Shown piece by piece: positions 1-15,602 of a DNA stretch of 64,000 nucleotides. Origin of the DNA: the human T2T-CHM13v2.0 reference genome, Homo sapiens; assembly GCF_009914755.1 (NCBI RefSeq), contig NC_060925.1; one strand, given 5' to 3'. How positions within the stretch are numbered: the first letter of the stretch is position 1; each line of letters opens with the position of its first letter. The translations under genes were made by a program, and so were the position numbers. Under the pieces are notes generated by a model. It did no database searches. It was not told the DNA's origin and worked only from the letters and a program-made list of their open reading frames with translations.

Positions 1-3
1 ATG

Positions 4-199
4 GTGGTTCCCAAACTCTGATTCTCAGACAAGTGCTGGGCTGGCTGCATCAGAATCCCCTGGGGAGCTTGTAATGTGGTCTCCAGGCTGCACCTGAGAA
101 GTCTCTGATTGTCCAGGTCTGGGGTCATCCAGAGGATGTATATTTTCCCCCAAGGCTCTCCAGATGATTCTGATGCACAGCCAGGTCTGGAAACCACTG
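4..199. mobile_element. MER5-family (hAT-Charlie) MITE
   Basis: GTGGTTCCCAAAC...GCATCAGAATC...GATTCTGATGC...GAAACCACTG. Confidence 0.7.
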
Positions 200-448
200 G
201 TTTAGGTGAACATTGGTTCATTTCAATAAATCAAAACCACATGCCAAGACCATATGTTGCTACTGATATATATCAAACCCACTGACACACAGAAGAGTCA
301 ATAGTAGTTATGCTAATGCTTAGTAACAATGCTACCCTTTGACTAGGAAGAAGATAACAAACACCCACAACCTTTATTAGTGACTGTGTGTATGTAACAG
401 AAGTTTAAGCAAAAAAAAAAAAAGGTGATTTATTATAAGGAAACAAGA

Positions 449-955
<507 letters not shown>

Positions 956-1470
956 CTACATACCAGAAGAAAAAACTAGAATAAAAACTATGCTGTCAGG
1001 ACCCAGGTCTCTCTTTCTACCACTTTTTAGTTTGTTTTTTGTTGGTTGGTTGTTTTTTAATCTCTGCTTTTGTCATCACCACTCTTTTATTTTATATCTG
1101 CAATGTGGCTGTCTCCGCTTCCCTGGACACGTGTACCAAACACAGCGTCCTCAGCCCCTGGTTTGCCATACTTTCTTGTCCTTGTTTCCAACAAGGACAG
1201 TCTAGAGACTGGCTGGAGCAGCCAGAGAATGCAAACTGGTGTGCTACAGCAGACATGGCCTGCAACTGTGTTTGCTTTGGACGACACGAATTTTTTTCAA
1301 ATATAAAATAATTATTTTGAGATTTCATATGAAAACATGAATTCTGGACTTCTGTAAATATCAGAAAAACTGGCAAACTGGGATTACATGTGACAGCAAT
1401 CGGCTGGAGTTGAATGATGGCCACCTCCTTGGCACAGAGCCTGTGCTCTCCAGTTTGCCACTATCTCTAT

Positions 1471-2175
1471 TGTATCTATCTTGGCTCAGGCTGCTCTAAC
1501 AAGAATACTGCAGACTGGGTGGTGCAAACAAGAAACATTTATTTCTCACAGTTCTGGAGGCTGGGATGTCTGAGACCAGGGTGCCAGCATGGTTGGTTTC
1601 TGGTGAGGGCTGTCTTTCTGGTTCTCTCACATGGCAAAGAATAGAGAGAGGAAGGAATTTCTTTCATGTCTTTTCTTACAAGGGCACTAATTCTATCATG
1701 AGGTCTCTACCCTCGTGAGCTAATTACCTCCTAAAGGTCCCATCTCCAGAAACCATCACATTATGGGTTAGGATTTCAACATATGAATTTTGGGGAGTGC
1801 TATGGTCTCAAAAACTCATGTGGAAATTTAATTGCCAGAGTAACGGTATTAAGAAGTGATTAGGAATGGATTAATGTCATTATCACAGGAGCAGTTAGTT
1901 ATTGTGGGAATGGGTTCCTGATAAAAGGATACATTCTGGCCCCCATCCTTTCTTTGTCTTACACGCTTGTTTGCCCTTCTGCCTTCTGCCCTTCACCATG
2001 GGATTATGCAGCACAAAGGCCCTCACCAGATGCCAGCACCATCTGGACTTCCCAGCCTCCAGAACCATGAGCCAAATAAGCTTCTATTTTTTATAAATCA
2101 CCTAGTCTGTGGTATTCTGTTATAGCAGCACAAAATGAACTAAGCCAGGGAAACACAAACATCCAGTTCATAGCA
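1471..2175 (-). mobile_element. MLT1A-type MaLR LTR, interrupted by an MST LTR
   Basis: TTTATTTCTCACAGTTCTGGAGGCTGGGA ... ATTTCAACATATGAATTTTGGGG; the end resumes at 2148-2175. Confidence 0.75.
1798..2147 (+). mobile_element. MST-family (MSTD/MSTC-like) solo LTR
   Basis: TGCTATGG...GGACTTCCCAGCCTCCAGAAC...CTAAGCCA; near-TSD GGGAG/GGGAA. Confidence 0.75.
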
Positions 2176-2933
2176 GGATCCCAGACCCCAAGATCATGGA
2201 TCAGATGCTGTCTACCATAGCAGTTGTGCTATTGGTTTCCTTATACCTGTATCAGTCATTATGTTACACTCTAGACCCTTGCAAGCATTTTAATTAGCAA
2301 CCCCACTGAATTTTCTAAGTGTACATTCTAAACTTCCAGAAGAAAATTAGATTGACCCAGCTTGATCATGTATCTGCCCCTGGTCCAAGCAGCTCAGCCA
2401 TGATAGGATGCATGTAGCTCAGGACCCACTCAGTAGAAACTATGGGAGCAGAAATTCTGAGATGGGAGTGAGGGCAAGTTCTCCAAGAAGACAGTATGGG
2501 GAGGGAGGAAATCATTGACGATGGCTCTTGTATACCTGCCATTGGTTTCACTTTTAGGATTCATGCTCTTATCCTTCCATATTTTATCTAGGCATAGATA
2601 AGCCTTCTATGACCAAGCCACAAACATTTTGTGCAAGATAGGCAACAGAGTTTATGGGTGTAATCTGAGTTGGTGGACGGTGCAGAGGTCTGAATGGGTT
2701 TTTTATTTTGTTTTGTTTTGTTTTAAGAGATGCTATGGTGTAAGCTCTGCAAAGGCAAGAATTTTTGTAAGCTTGGTTTTCTGATTGATCTCAAGCACCT
2801 AGAATAGTGTCTAATCCACAGATGTGCCCTACACACATTGAGTGAGCAAGTGAACCAATGAACTGAATCTCTGTCATATGCTGAAGAGCCACGGTTTTCA
2901 GCTGGGAGTCCCTCTTTGAATTACTTGGAATGT

Positions 2934-3240
<307 letters not shown>

Positions 3241-3264
3241 TGAAAGTTTTTAAAAGTACAGACT

Positions 3265-3570
3265 TGCCGGGTACAGTGGCTCACGCCTGTAATCCTAGCA
3301 CTTGAGGACTTTGGGAGGCCGAAATGGGTGGATTGCCTGAGTTTAGGAGCTAGAGACCAGCCTGGGCAACGTGGTGAAACTCTATCTATACTAACATACA
3401 AAAAATTAATTGGGTGTGGTGGCATGCACCCGTAGTCCCAGTTACTCGGGAGGCTGAGCCACAAGAATTGCTTGAACCTGGGAGGCAAAGGTTGTTGAGA
3501 GCCAAGATTGTACCACTGCACTCTAGCCTGGGGAACAGAGTGAGACTCTGTCAAAAAAAAAAAAAAAAAA
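3265..3570 (+). mobile_element. Alu
   Basis: Full dimer, A tail, TSD AAGTACAGACT. Confidence 0.9.
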
Positions 3571-4747
3571 GAAGTACAGACTCCTTTCCATAGGTAGGGC
3601 CAAGGAGTCTACATTTTTGGAAAAGCATACTAGGAGATTTTGATGAACAGGGATTGTTTTTAAAAACAAATAAACAAACAACAAAAATACTAAGATCTTT
3701 GCATGGTCTCAGATTCTTTAACAAAATTCTCTGAAATAATTAAAGAACAAGGGGAAGGGAGAAAGGCAGAGGAATAATGGATAAATGGAAAAATTGAAAA
3801 CAAAGGAAATAGAGGAAAACATTTTGAAACTTTTCAAATATGTTAAAAGCATTTCTAGCTAATGTTACTTAGCACAAGCTGAATTAGCACAAATTGGACT
3901 TAAAATACCTTTGAAAACAATTTGTACAATTTTCATTGTGAAAAATCAAGCAGCCACTTTATAATTTGGAAAAATTTCATTTTCAGGTAGTCATCATGTT
4001 ATAATAATTGTCTAAGAATGGCTACCAAGATTATGTATTGACTTTTCTCTTGAACATTTGTATAGGGGGTATTAAACTTTAAATAAGTATGAATAGATAC
4101 TCAGGCTAAAAAAAAATAATCTGCCCTAAGTTAGTCTCCTGCTGTTTGTACAAAGGCAAAAAACTGCCTGCTCCCGCATGGGTGTCATCATGGCAGAGCA
4201 CATTTTCAAATGATGCTGGTGAATCCACAATGTAGTACATACTGATCACATGAGCCTCAGAGCATGGCCTCTCAACGGTCATTGGCATTCTCAGGCAGTG
4301 ATCAAAATCAAGTTATACAATACACTATGCAGTTTATTCTGAGCACAGCCAATGGTTAGGTTTCAATTTCATTAAAATAAATACGTAAGGACAACCAGTG
4401 CTGGAAGTTGGGAGTGTTTTACCTCACTTTCAGTAAACTTTACCCCACATCCACGAGGGTGGGTGAACTAGTGCTTAGACAGAACAGAAAGTTAACAAGA
4501 TGCTGAGAAGTGGAGTCTGTACCACAAGACCCCAAAATGAAATCCAAAGGTGGTGAGCAGGCAACTGATAGCAGCAACAAGCTGGAGAGATGGCGGTGAT
4601 TACAGGACTTTCTAAGGGTCAAAAGCAATGACCCAGCACCTCAGGAATTACCTTACTATCTGCCCCATTTCTCATATTATTTGTAAGTGTCAGCCAGCTA
4701 GAACCCTATACCCAGAAACATACCCCAAAAGGAAGCCAGGAAGGTCT

Positions 4748-5067
4748 TTTTTTTTTTTTTTTTTTTTTTTTGAGACACAGTCTTGCTCTGTCACCCAGGC
4801 TGGAGTGCAGTGGTGCGCTCTTGACTCACTGCAAACTCCGGCTCACTGCAACCTCCACCTTCCGAGTTCAAGTGATTCTCCTGCTCAGCCTCCCAAGTAC
4901 CTGGAATTACAGGTGCACGCCACCACACCCAGCTAATTTTTGTATTTTTAGTAGAGACAGGGTTTTAGCATGTTGGCCAGGCTGGTCTGAACTCCTGACC
5001 TCGTGATCTGCCCACCTTGGCCTCCCAAAGTGCTGGGATTACAGGTGTGATCTACCACGCCCAGCCA
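4748..5067 (-). mobile_element. AluS
   Basis: Poly-T then Alu body; TSD AGGAAGGTCT. Confidence 0.9.
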
Positions 5068-5828
5068 GGAAGGTCTCTTGAAGCTTCTCTGGCTCTATGG
5101 GCTGCTCAGTGGGCTTTCTGCCTTAGCCACCCCCATCCTACCATGCTTCTTTCTAGGGGACTCATCTTACATTCCATGGGGTGAGGGTGGGGTCTGCTTT
5201 TTTGCATTCTTTATTTTCTAGTTGAATTCTTTGCTTTCCTTTCCTTAGACCTGGGTTTTTCTCTAGCTGTATTCTCCCAGGTCAGGTCAGATATGGAGCT
5301 TGGACAACATATAAGGGTGCTTCTAGATTACTAGGAGGAACACTGTAAACATGGGAAGTCCTAAAATCCTCTCCCCAGAGATGTGGTTTGGAAGAAAGGT
5401 CAACAATCTGTGCATGTCATAAGTGCTGCAAGAAATTCTAGTGCCGGTGGTCCATGGGCCACCTGTGAGACCCCCCAGAGCACCTCTCACTGCTGAACTC
5501 CCAGAAAATCCCCCTGGCCCTCTTTTGCATCATTTCTCCCAACATGGGACAGCAGCTTGGCAGGATCTAGGTTACATGACAAACATTTAGTGAACAGCCC
5601 CACTTGGGCCAGGCAGTCACTCCTCTGGGACCCTATGACTCCTGCCTTTCCCCTCTCCTTCCTTTTACCATTCCCCCATTTTTGCTTCTCACTTCTGGCT
5701 CCTTTGCTCTCGCTGCCTACCTGAACTCTCTGAAGCCGCTGAACTTCTGAGGCTGGGAGTCCTCTTCTCTAAACTTCCCTTTCCTTAGCTGAGTGGGGAC
5801 CTAGCCCCAGTAAATGGGATCCTGGCTC

Positions 5829-6206
5829 TGATACGTTTTGGCTGTGTCCCCACCCAAATCTCATCTTGAACTGCAACTCCCACAATTCCCACGTGTCATG
5901 GGAGGAACCCAGTGAGAGGTGATTTAGTTATGCGGGTGGGTCTTTCCTGAACTGTTCTCATGAGAGTGAATGAATCTCACGAGAGCTGATGGTTTAAGAA
6001 AACGGAAGTTTGCCAGCACAAGCTCTCTGTTTTTGCCGCCACCATCCATGTAAGACACGACTTGCCCCTCCCTGCCTTTTACCTTCCACCATGATTGTGA
6101 GGCCTCCCTAGCCACGTGGAACTGTAAGTCCAATAAATCTCCTTCTTCTGTAAATTGCCCAGTCTTGGGAATGTCTTTACCAGCAGCGTGAAAACGGACT
6201 AATATA
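5829..6206 (+). mobile_element. THE1 (THE1A-like) solo LTR
   Basis: TGATA..TTGGCTGTGTCCCCACCCAAATCTCATCTTG ... GGACTAATA; perfect 5-bp TSD GGCTC. Confidence 0.9.
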
Positions 6207-8305
6207 GGCTCCAAAGCTTCAATCAAAAAGAAGGGAAGGTATGTGATTTGGCAGCCCAAGTAACTTCGGAGAATTAAAACGAATCTGACCCAAGAAGGAG
6301 TTTTGCATTTCCTAATTTAAAACAAAAATTTCTCCTTAAGTCTTACACTTTCTGAAAGTAATTCATTTGGGACATTGCTAGCATAGGACTGATACCTTGT
6401 ACTAGAGAAAGAAAGATGAATTCAAGTCAGAAAGTTAGCATGCAAAGTCCAGTATGTGTGCAACCAGATCAGAAAGGGATATTTGATGGGATACATATGA
6501 AAGCAATGGTTAGAGAAAAATAAACCACTTCATGTTCATAGGGTTAATATTACTCAATAAACAAGTTAAAATTGGTGAGAGATTTCCTATATATTTAAGT
6601 GCAATAGCAAACTGCAGAACCATACGTACATCTATATTTATATAGAGAGTCAGCATTTGTGTATTAATAAAAAAGCCTATGCCCCTATGTATGTACATAT
6701 TTGCTTCCTTTTGTATAAAGTGTCTCTGGAAAGACATACAAAACAGGTAATAACAGTTGCTTCTGAAGAAGGTAACTGGGTAGCTGGGAAACTTACTTTC
6801 AAAATATCATTTTGTAGCTTTTGCATGTTGTATCATATGACTATTTTATCTATTCAGCAAATTTAAAATTAAAAAATCACCCTCTGCAAGTCCCTTCAGA
6901 TTTTATTTTTCTAAGTCCAGATACAGCATTTTAAACATATTCCTGGATTTGAACACTAAAGACAAAAATGGAATTATGATAGTGAGGCCACAAAGGAGAC
7001 TCAGGAACAACCTGTGGGTGTTAGGTTTAAAAATCTGGACAGAGTCTTTCTTTCCTGTGTGGATGATAGTTTTTTGTGATAGCTGAACACACCCCCTCAG
7101 GGAGAATGTAAGAGATGTTGACTGGTACTCAGAGAGAATGCCAGTTGCTGAGCATTCCACATTCCAACAAAAGTTCCCAACACTTCTCTCAGGCTCACCA
7201 GACTGGCTCTGCTATCCCCGAACCTAATGCCAACATCCTTCTTCCTAAGGCTGATAGGCAGTAGAGAGAGTTGGATGCACTGGGAGTGCAAACCAGAAGT
7301 CATCCTGTCCCACTGGTGATAGTTACCTGGTCAGCTCTACAGTCCAGGTGGTCTCTTGGTCCCCACCTTGACTTCTCTCCTCTCACTGTCAGGCCACAGG
7401 TACCACATCACATAACCTGTGACATCTCTGTTCTAGAAAGCAGAAACTGTGCCCTGTTCACTTTATCCCTAGCCCCCAGCATAGTGCCTGGCCCACTGTG
7501 GTACCGACTGTAATGATTGTTGGATGAATGAATGCCCCAACAAGTGAATAAACAAATGAATAAATGGCATTAAGCTCTTTACTGTCCAAAGTTCCAAGCC
7601 AAAAGAGATGTTTTCCTCTAAGGTGATAAGTGTCTCTATATCCAGCATATCCAGTGTTTGTTGACAGGGCCTCTCAGCCTTCACAGCACCTTGTGCAAAT
7701 TAGGAAAGCACATGCCTCCAGGCAGATGTACCCATAAGCCATAGCTTGGTGGCAGAAGGAGCCTCTGAGAGAAGGTAAAAGTGCCTTTCTCTGGGAAGAC
7801 GGCCTGGATTGCTGCATTCAGGTTAGATTTCCAGACTCATTCACCCCTAGGCTGGGCATCTCTATGCAGAACCCCAACCACACAACCTTGAGCAGCTACA
7901 GAATTCCTTCCCTTTACCTCACTTCTGTTATGCCATCTCCATCTCCTCCTCCACTGGTATTTACTCCCCCACATCTCTTCCCCATCCCCTTTACCCAAGG
8001 GGCCCCTCCCAGGCTATCTCTACTCCATGTCTCTTACTCTCTTCCCTTCTCAATCTCTCATCGAGATTTTTTTCTTTCCATATTTCCTGGCTGCTCATCC
8101 TTTCTTTCATCAGCACATACTGTGATTCACACGTTTTCTCATTCTTCTCTTGTGGTACCATATTGAAAAAGAGTTTGTTTATCCCATTTAACAGAAAATA
8201 AACTAAGACTCAAGCAGTTTATATAACTTGATGAGATCACACAAGCTTTAAGGAACAAAGTTAGTAATTTAATCCAAATTGAGGTGACATCAAACACAAA
8301 GTTCT

Positions 8306-9570
<1,265 letters not shown>

Positions 9571-9685
9571 ATGTTGTAAGTGCTCGGTAAATGTTAGCTA
9601 TCATTATTATTTCATTTTTTCCCTCAAAAATGTTTACCTCAAAGAAGAGATTATCATCCACACTGACAAAAAGTAAAACTGTGTT

Positions 9686-9995
9686 GGCCAGGTGCAGTGA
9701 CTCACGCCTGTAATCCCAGCACTTTGGAAGGCCGAGGTGGGTGGATCACGAGGTCAAGAGATCAAGACCATCCTGGCCAACATGGTAAAACCCCGTCTCT
9801 ACTAAAAATACAAAAATTAGCTGGGCGTGGTGGCCCGTGCCTGTAGTCCCAGCTACTCAGGAGGCTGAGGCAGGAGAATCACCTGAACCCGGGAGGTGGA
9901 GGCTGCAGTGAGCCAAGATGGTGTACACTGCACTCCAGCCTGGTGATAAAGCGAGACTCTGTCTCAAAAACAAAACAAAACAAAACACAACAAAA
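9686..9995 (+). mobile_element. AluSc-like
   Basis: GAGGTCAAGAGATCAAGACCATCCTGG; TSD AAAACTGTGT. Confidence 0.9.
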
Positions 9996-10099
9996 CTGTG
10001 TCTCAGAGTGGTGGAGTGGCCTAACCAAGTTCCCAAAGGAAGCTACCTGCAGAAGAGCGACTAGAATTAGTTTCTTCATTTACATATTGTGTCACTTAC

Positions 10100-10198
10100 C
10101 TATGAGCTCTAGTTGAAAGGTCTTTACATCCCTGGGTACTGCTAGCATCCAGGAAGTTGAGCAGAAGCAGCAATTCAGAGCCAGTTACTATAATCAGG
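10100..10198 (-). ncRNA. Internal exon of a minus-strand spliced transcript (probable lncRNA, possibly LINC01363)
   Basis: Minus-strand acceptor TTTCTGTTTTGTTTTTCCCCTTCAG| and donor TAG|GTAAGT flank 99 nt of non-repeat sequence. The lncRNA name is recalled, not verified. Confidence 0.55.
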
Positions 10199-10465
10199 CT
10201 GAAGGGGAAAAACAAAACAGAAACACAAAGAGAAAGAGAATATTTAGCTTAAAATATTGATTTGTATGATTAGAAGGGTGGAATAAGAACAAATTACTTT
10301 AACCCATTACAATAAGACCCATAACTGAAAGCATTATACATATGGAAATATATAAAATCATTAGAGTTAATTTATTTTGACCATGTATTTTGGGGGGGAA
10401 GAGTCAGGTATAGATGTAAAAATTCATGCCCACTAGCCCCTGTTGGGTCACTGGAAATATGCTAG

Positions 10466-10764
<299 letters not shown>

Positions 10765-12727
10765 AGGGTGATCCAATTTTGCTAAGCAAGAAGTCAGGAC
10801 ACATTCAGGCTCTTCCGTTGCCTGGAATGCCAAGATCTATTTCTGGTGCACATAATGAACTCCTGCTCATCCTTTAAAACCCAGCCCAGGTGTCACTCCT
10901 TCTTGGAAGCCTTTCTGGCCACGGTCCCACCTCCAGACTAAATGAAGTTAATCACTGTCCCTTATGATTCCCTGTGGTTGGAACATATTTTGATTGTTAC
11001 ACATGAATCACTAAATTGTAATTATTGTTTAATTTGTAAGATCCTTGAGGGCAGGGATTATGACATATTCATCTCCAGGTCCCTTTGGCCTAATTTAGGG
11101 ACTGACGTGTCATAGCCAGTAAATGTTGGTTGGATTGGATTGAATGGTAATAAAGAGCATTTTCTTACTTGTGAATTCAATTCTATGAAGTCTTGCAGAT
11201 ACATAAAATGACTTCCCATTTGTTATACATTTAACAAATTGCCTTTATTAAAAACATTAAAATTACATGAAATCAGGGTGCCCTGGAACATCCTAGACAT
11301 ATGGCCATATGGCTTCCAAACAGCATAATACCAGCAGCTTGGATTTATCTAATTTGACAAAGTGAGGTACTCATTGGCATTTGAAAGAAATGTCAAACAA
11401 AACCACAGGGGGTTGGAGGGGAGTTGTTTAAATTAATTTCAGTTGCCAAAGAGAAGTGATTCACTTCCAAGTGATTTGTTTTGACTCTGATATTATTCTC
11501 CTAGCACAGATCTCATCTTATATCTTCTAGTAATTGGTTTAATACCTTTGGGTGTTATTTGGCCCTTTTTCACATTTTGCACTGAACAACTCACTTTTAA
11601 AAGATAACAAAACACTTATAAGCACTTGCTAATTAAAGAACTAGATTCTCCTAGTGTTTACATTAGGTTCTTAGGAAAATTAGGAGAACTATTAGAAGAG
11701 CATTACTTCATGAAAGGTAAAAAATTATAGGAGTTAAACCAATGTGGATGATGAGAGGACAGGGGATGGTGGTGAGAATTTAATCTTTCTAAGCTGGAGA
11801 AATAACAACTGCAGCATTAGAGCATTTCATTGATTTATTTGTTCATTCCACAAACATATACTGAGGCTCACCAAAAATATTACAATGTTATGGTGCACCA
11901 CAGAGCCCCCCAGAAAGGGCTTGAAAGGATGTCTCAACAGCTTGGAAAATTAAATGTCCTTCTTTAAAAACTCAGCTGAATGCTGTCACTCCTTTTGGTG
12001 GCTGAGGCATAAAACAAATTATACGAGGGGTCTTACAAGTTTGGCTAATACAAAATTTAATCCCAGGTGAATTGGATTAACCCTGACATTATTTCCCTAA
12101 TTGAGTATATCACAGCAGACAGAACTCAACAAGAAGCCCAGATATTATCAAGATTTGTGTGTGCAGCATTCAAACCTAAGTTTGTTTTGTTTTGCTTTGT
12201 GTTGTTTTTTAACCAGCTGTACGCTTTAGTACGACAAAAATAGGCATGTAAAGGTTTAGAATCTGGCTCCTTCTGGATTTCACCCTTTGTTTTCAAAAAC
12301 CTCAGAAGCAGATAATTGACAGTGGGTGTTCATCTGAACCAACAAGCTATCAGTATTAAACAACATTAATTTTGTGTCTTTTATGTCTATGAGGCAATAG
12401 GATGCCAAAATGTATAAGTTATGGTTCCTATTTCACTGGGCATGTAGACTCTCAAAGAATGAAGTATGTGCATAAGAAAATAAATGACATCAGAGGTGCA
12501 GGCAAGATGCAAAATACAATACAGACTGTAAGTTCATGGATGGGGATCCTGGTTGGAGAAAGAGGGGAAGGAGAACTTGACAAAGGCCTTGAATTTAGGA
12601 GACTTATGGAGAAAAGTGGGAGGATGGAAGGGTACAGTATGGGTAACAGCAGGAAGGAGGAAATATAAGTAGTGTTGGAGAACAATGAATACACTGGTTT
12701 TGTGAGAGTGGTAGGTTAGCATAGAAC

Positions 12728-13020
12728 AGAGGTTAGAAACTAGAGCCTGATGCCCACTTTTGGGCGGTATAACATGTATTATTTGGCCTGAACTTAGTGT
12801 GAACATTAAAACACTGGTAGCATTCACATGAAAATCTGGATCCCTGATAATATCTTAAAAATGAGGATGTTGGTAGCAATGGGCCTACGTGCCCAGGAGG
12901 AGGCAATAATCACTTGAAGCTGAGTCACTACTATACCCTTTAGATGACAGTGAGTGTTCCATGCTGATGTGGTCCCCAGCTGGCCCCTTCACTCTTGTAC
13001 CTCCCCTGTCCCATGCTTAC
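12728..13020 (+). mobile_element. MER102-like fossil
   Basis: TTCACATGAAAATCTGGAT, GAAGCTGAGT, CCCTTTAGA motifs. Confidence 0.5.
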
Positions 13021-13031
13021 AAGTATTTATT

Positions 13032-13420
13032 GGTCAGCTTTTGCTAGGTTACGCTGTCGTGACAAACACTCCTAAAATTTCAGTTGCTTCCTACTCACTA
13101 CAAAGTTCTATTTCTACCTCTTATGTATCAGCTGCAGTTGGCTGTGCCTGTGCTCTGTATGTCTTCTCCACTCTGGCATCCAGGCCGCAGGGGCAGCCCC
13201 TGCCTAGGATGGACCATTCTCATGACCAAAGGGGAAAGAATAATGGCAGAACTGTGAGAATGACTCTTAAAACCTTTGTCAGACATGGCACATGTTACTT
13301 CCACTGACAGCACATCTGGCCAAAGCATGTTATATGCCAAACCTGATGTCAGTGGCCTGGGAAAACATAATCACAGAGAGATTCAGTGACTAATTGGAAA
13401 TACATAATACAATCTTCAAC
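13032..13420. mobile_element. Old MaLR LTR (MLT1J/I-like)
   Basis: GTCAGCTTTTGCTAGGTTACGCTG..ACAAAC ... TGGCCAAAGCATGTTATATGCCAAACCTGA. Confidence 0.55.
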
Positions 13421-14817
13421 AGTATTTGAATTTATTCCTCTCCTGATGAGAAAACATTTTGGAGTGAGGTAGGAGTAAAAACCAGAGGGCCTTGAATGCC
13501 AGCCACAAGGCTCTGTGACCGACAGCAAAGTTCCACATGCACATAAAACAAACAAAAAAACCCAAGGCAGGTGTGAATCTGGGAAACGGGGCTTTCACTG
13601 TATACAGCCTTACAAGAAGCATGCAACTGAACGTGACAGAGGCTGATAGAGGAGGAGGAAAGGGTTAGATCCCTCTGCTCCTGTCTTTATTTACAGCAAA
13701 GGGTAGAACACTTTGTCACCTTGGAAACAACCAACAAAGGCAGTGTGTAAAGCTGTAAGAAATCCCTGTCTGCTCTCTCAGAGGTGACTCGGGCTAAGTA
13801 GTGGGGTGGGGTATCCTGCCACCAGACTGCCCTGGGTCCTGGGTATTGTGTAGTCAGGCAGATGGCTCCAGCTGGAAGAAAAAGCTGTTTGGCCTTTGAT
13901 GGTCACAGCTGACTACATAATATGTACCTTCTTGTCTTTTGTATTCAAAGATAACACTGCTGACCAAGGAGAGTGTGACCATAGTATCTGAACCCGTGAC
14001 CTACACTGGGGACAGTACAGTCTCTCCGCTGCATAGCTATTCTTTATAAGTCTCACTGCAAAGATTTTATAGTCTGTAAAATTCTTTGCAATGGTTTTTA
14101 CTCTGAATAAGCCTTAACAATCTGGTGGATTTTACTATCATTCCCAAAAGCATCTATATGTCACTGCTTGCATTTGCATAGTTACTAATTTTCTCTTACC
14201 ATTTTATACTAATTTGCATAGACTCTGCACTAGGAAAATTCTTCAAGAAGCTGATGTGCTTCTATCTTAGACTGTGGACTCTAAATTAACTACAAGATTA
14301 GTCACAATCATTGCTGTATCAGCCTGAAGCCTTGGTGTGATATCTCATGTCATATTGATGCCACGCTGGCACTATTCAAAAAGTTCTTGGCCTTTGAAAT
14401 AGAGTTTTGAGCTTCTTAGACCTTCCAGATATTATTATCAGTTAGCACACAGGTGAAGATAGCCCAGCATATCTTTAGCCCTATCTGTGTAACATATACA
14501 TTCCATAATGCCTGCATGGCTGAGCCATTCCTACATGACTATTCAAATAAAATGTAAACTTTATTTGCATTTTACTATAGAAAACATCTCATTTTGTTTC
14601 AGATTAAACATTATCGAGCTCAAAACTTTATAGTCAATTCCAATCCATTTGAATACTAAACTTCAGAGTATTAACATGTCTCCATATATAACATGGTTTA
14701 ATAGGAACGACAATAGATTAAAGGAAACCTGAGTTTGGGGCTCAGCTTAGCCATTTATTATGTGACCATACACAAGTCATTTACTCACTTGTATAAAGAA
14801 TGGACTAGAATAGATAA

Positions 14818-15010
14818 GAGACAGCAAATATTTGACAGATGTACCATCAGTCCTAACTCCTCTGACATGGCAGACGTGACTAATCATTCATGGCCCTGAT
14901 TCTTACTGATCTTAGAATGATCTTCAAAACCCTCTTCAGTACAGAATTCCAGGCAGCCACTACCAGTCATTGGAGTTGGCACTCAAGTTGAAATTCACAT
15001 ATGAGTCCAG
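14818..15010. mobile_element. MER117-like hAT fossil inside a MIR
   Basis: CATGGCAGAC..ACTAATC, TCCAGGCAGCCACTACCA..GGAGTTGGCAC. Confidence 0.55.
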
Positions 15011-15602
15011 GTCAAAATAATCTACAATATATGGAGATAACATGTGAAAGCACTTTGCCAATTGTTCTATGTCATACAAATTTAAGATGTTATTGTTACT
15101 ACTATTACATTAGCTATTGTTACAGAAAATTTGTGCAGATTATGTTTATTTATTTATTTATTTTTTATTTTTGAGACGGAGTCTTGCTCTGTCTACCAGG
15201 CTGCACTCCCCTCCTGGGTTCAGACAATTCTCCTGTCTCAGCCTCCTGAGCAGCTGGTATTATATTATGTTTAGACTATATGAAGTGCTGATGGTGACTT
15301 GTATCTTGCTATTATGCCACCTATAATTGTTATTCTAACAGCATGTGTGAAGAGATTTGGCTCCCAGCCTTTTCTTAGGTGAGCATGCACTATGAAAGCA
15401 ATTTCACAGTACTGAAAAGGACTATCTTGGACTGCCTAGGAAACTGTCAGGGAGACATACTGCCTTGAATTTGAAGCCTGGCCTCACCTTTTAATGTGTG
15501 AATGTTGGCCTGTCACTCAACCTCTCTGAGCCTGTTTCGTCGCCCATGAAGTGGACAGTATAACCAACCTCCTCTTGGGGTTGTTAAAAAAATTGAAATG
15601 TA

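Larger units (their letters stand above)
1222..2308 (+). mobile_element. MER102-like hAT fossil, split by MaLR LTRs
   Basis: 5' part ~1222-1461 (GATTTCATATGAAAA, AATCGGCTGGAG, CTCTCCAGTTTGCCAC); 3' part ~2225-2308. Confidence 0.6.

Noticed and set aside
13780-14035. Minus-strand translation faintly resembling a sushi/CCP domain (DCTVPSVGHG...SSVIFE...AICL...W...PPH)
   Set aside because: Needs frameshifts, contains stops, lacks two of the four cysteines and has wrong spacing. Probably chance; a profile-HMM search on frameshift-tolerant translations would settle it.
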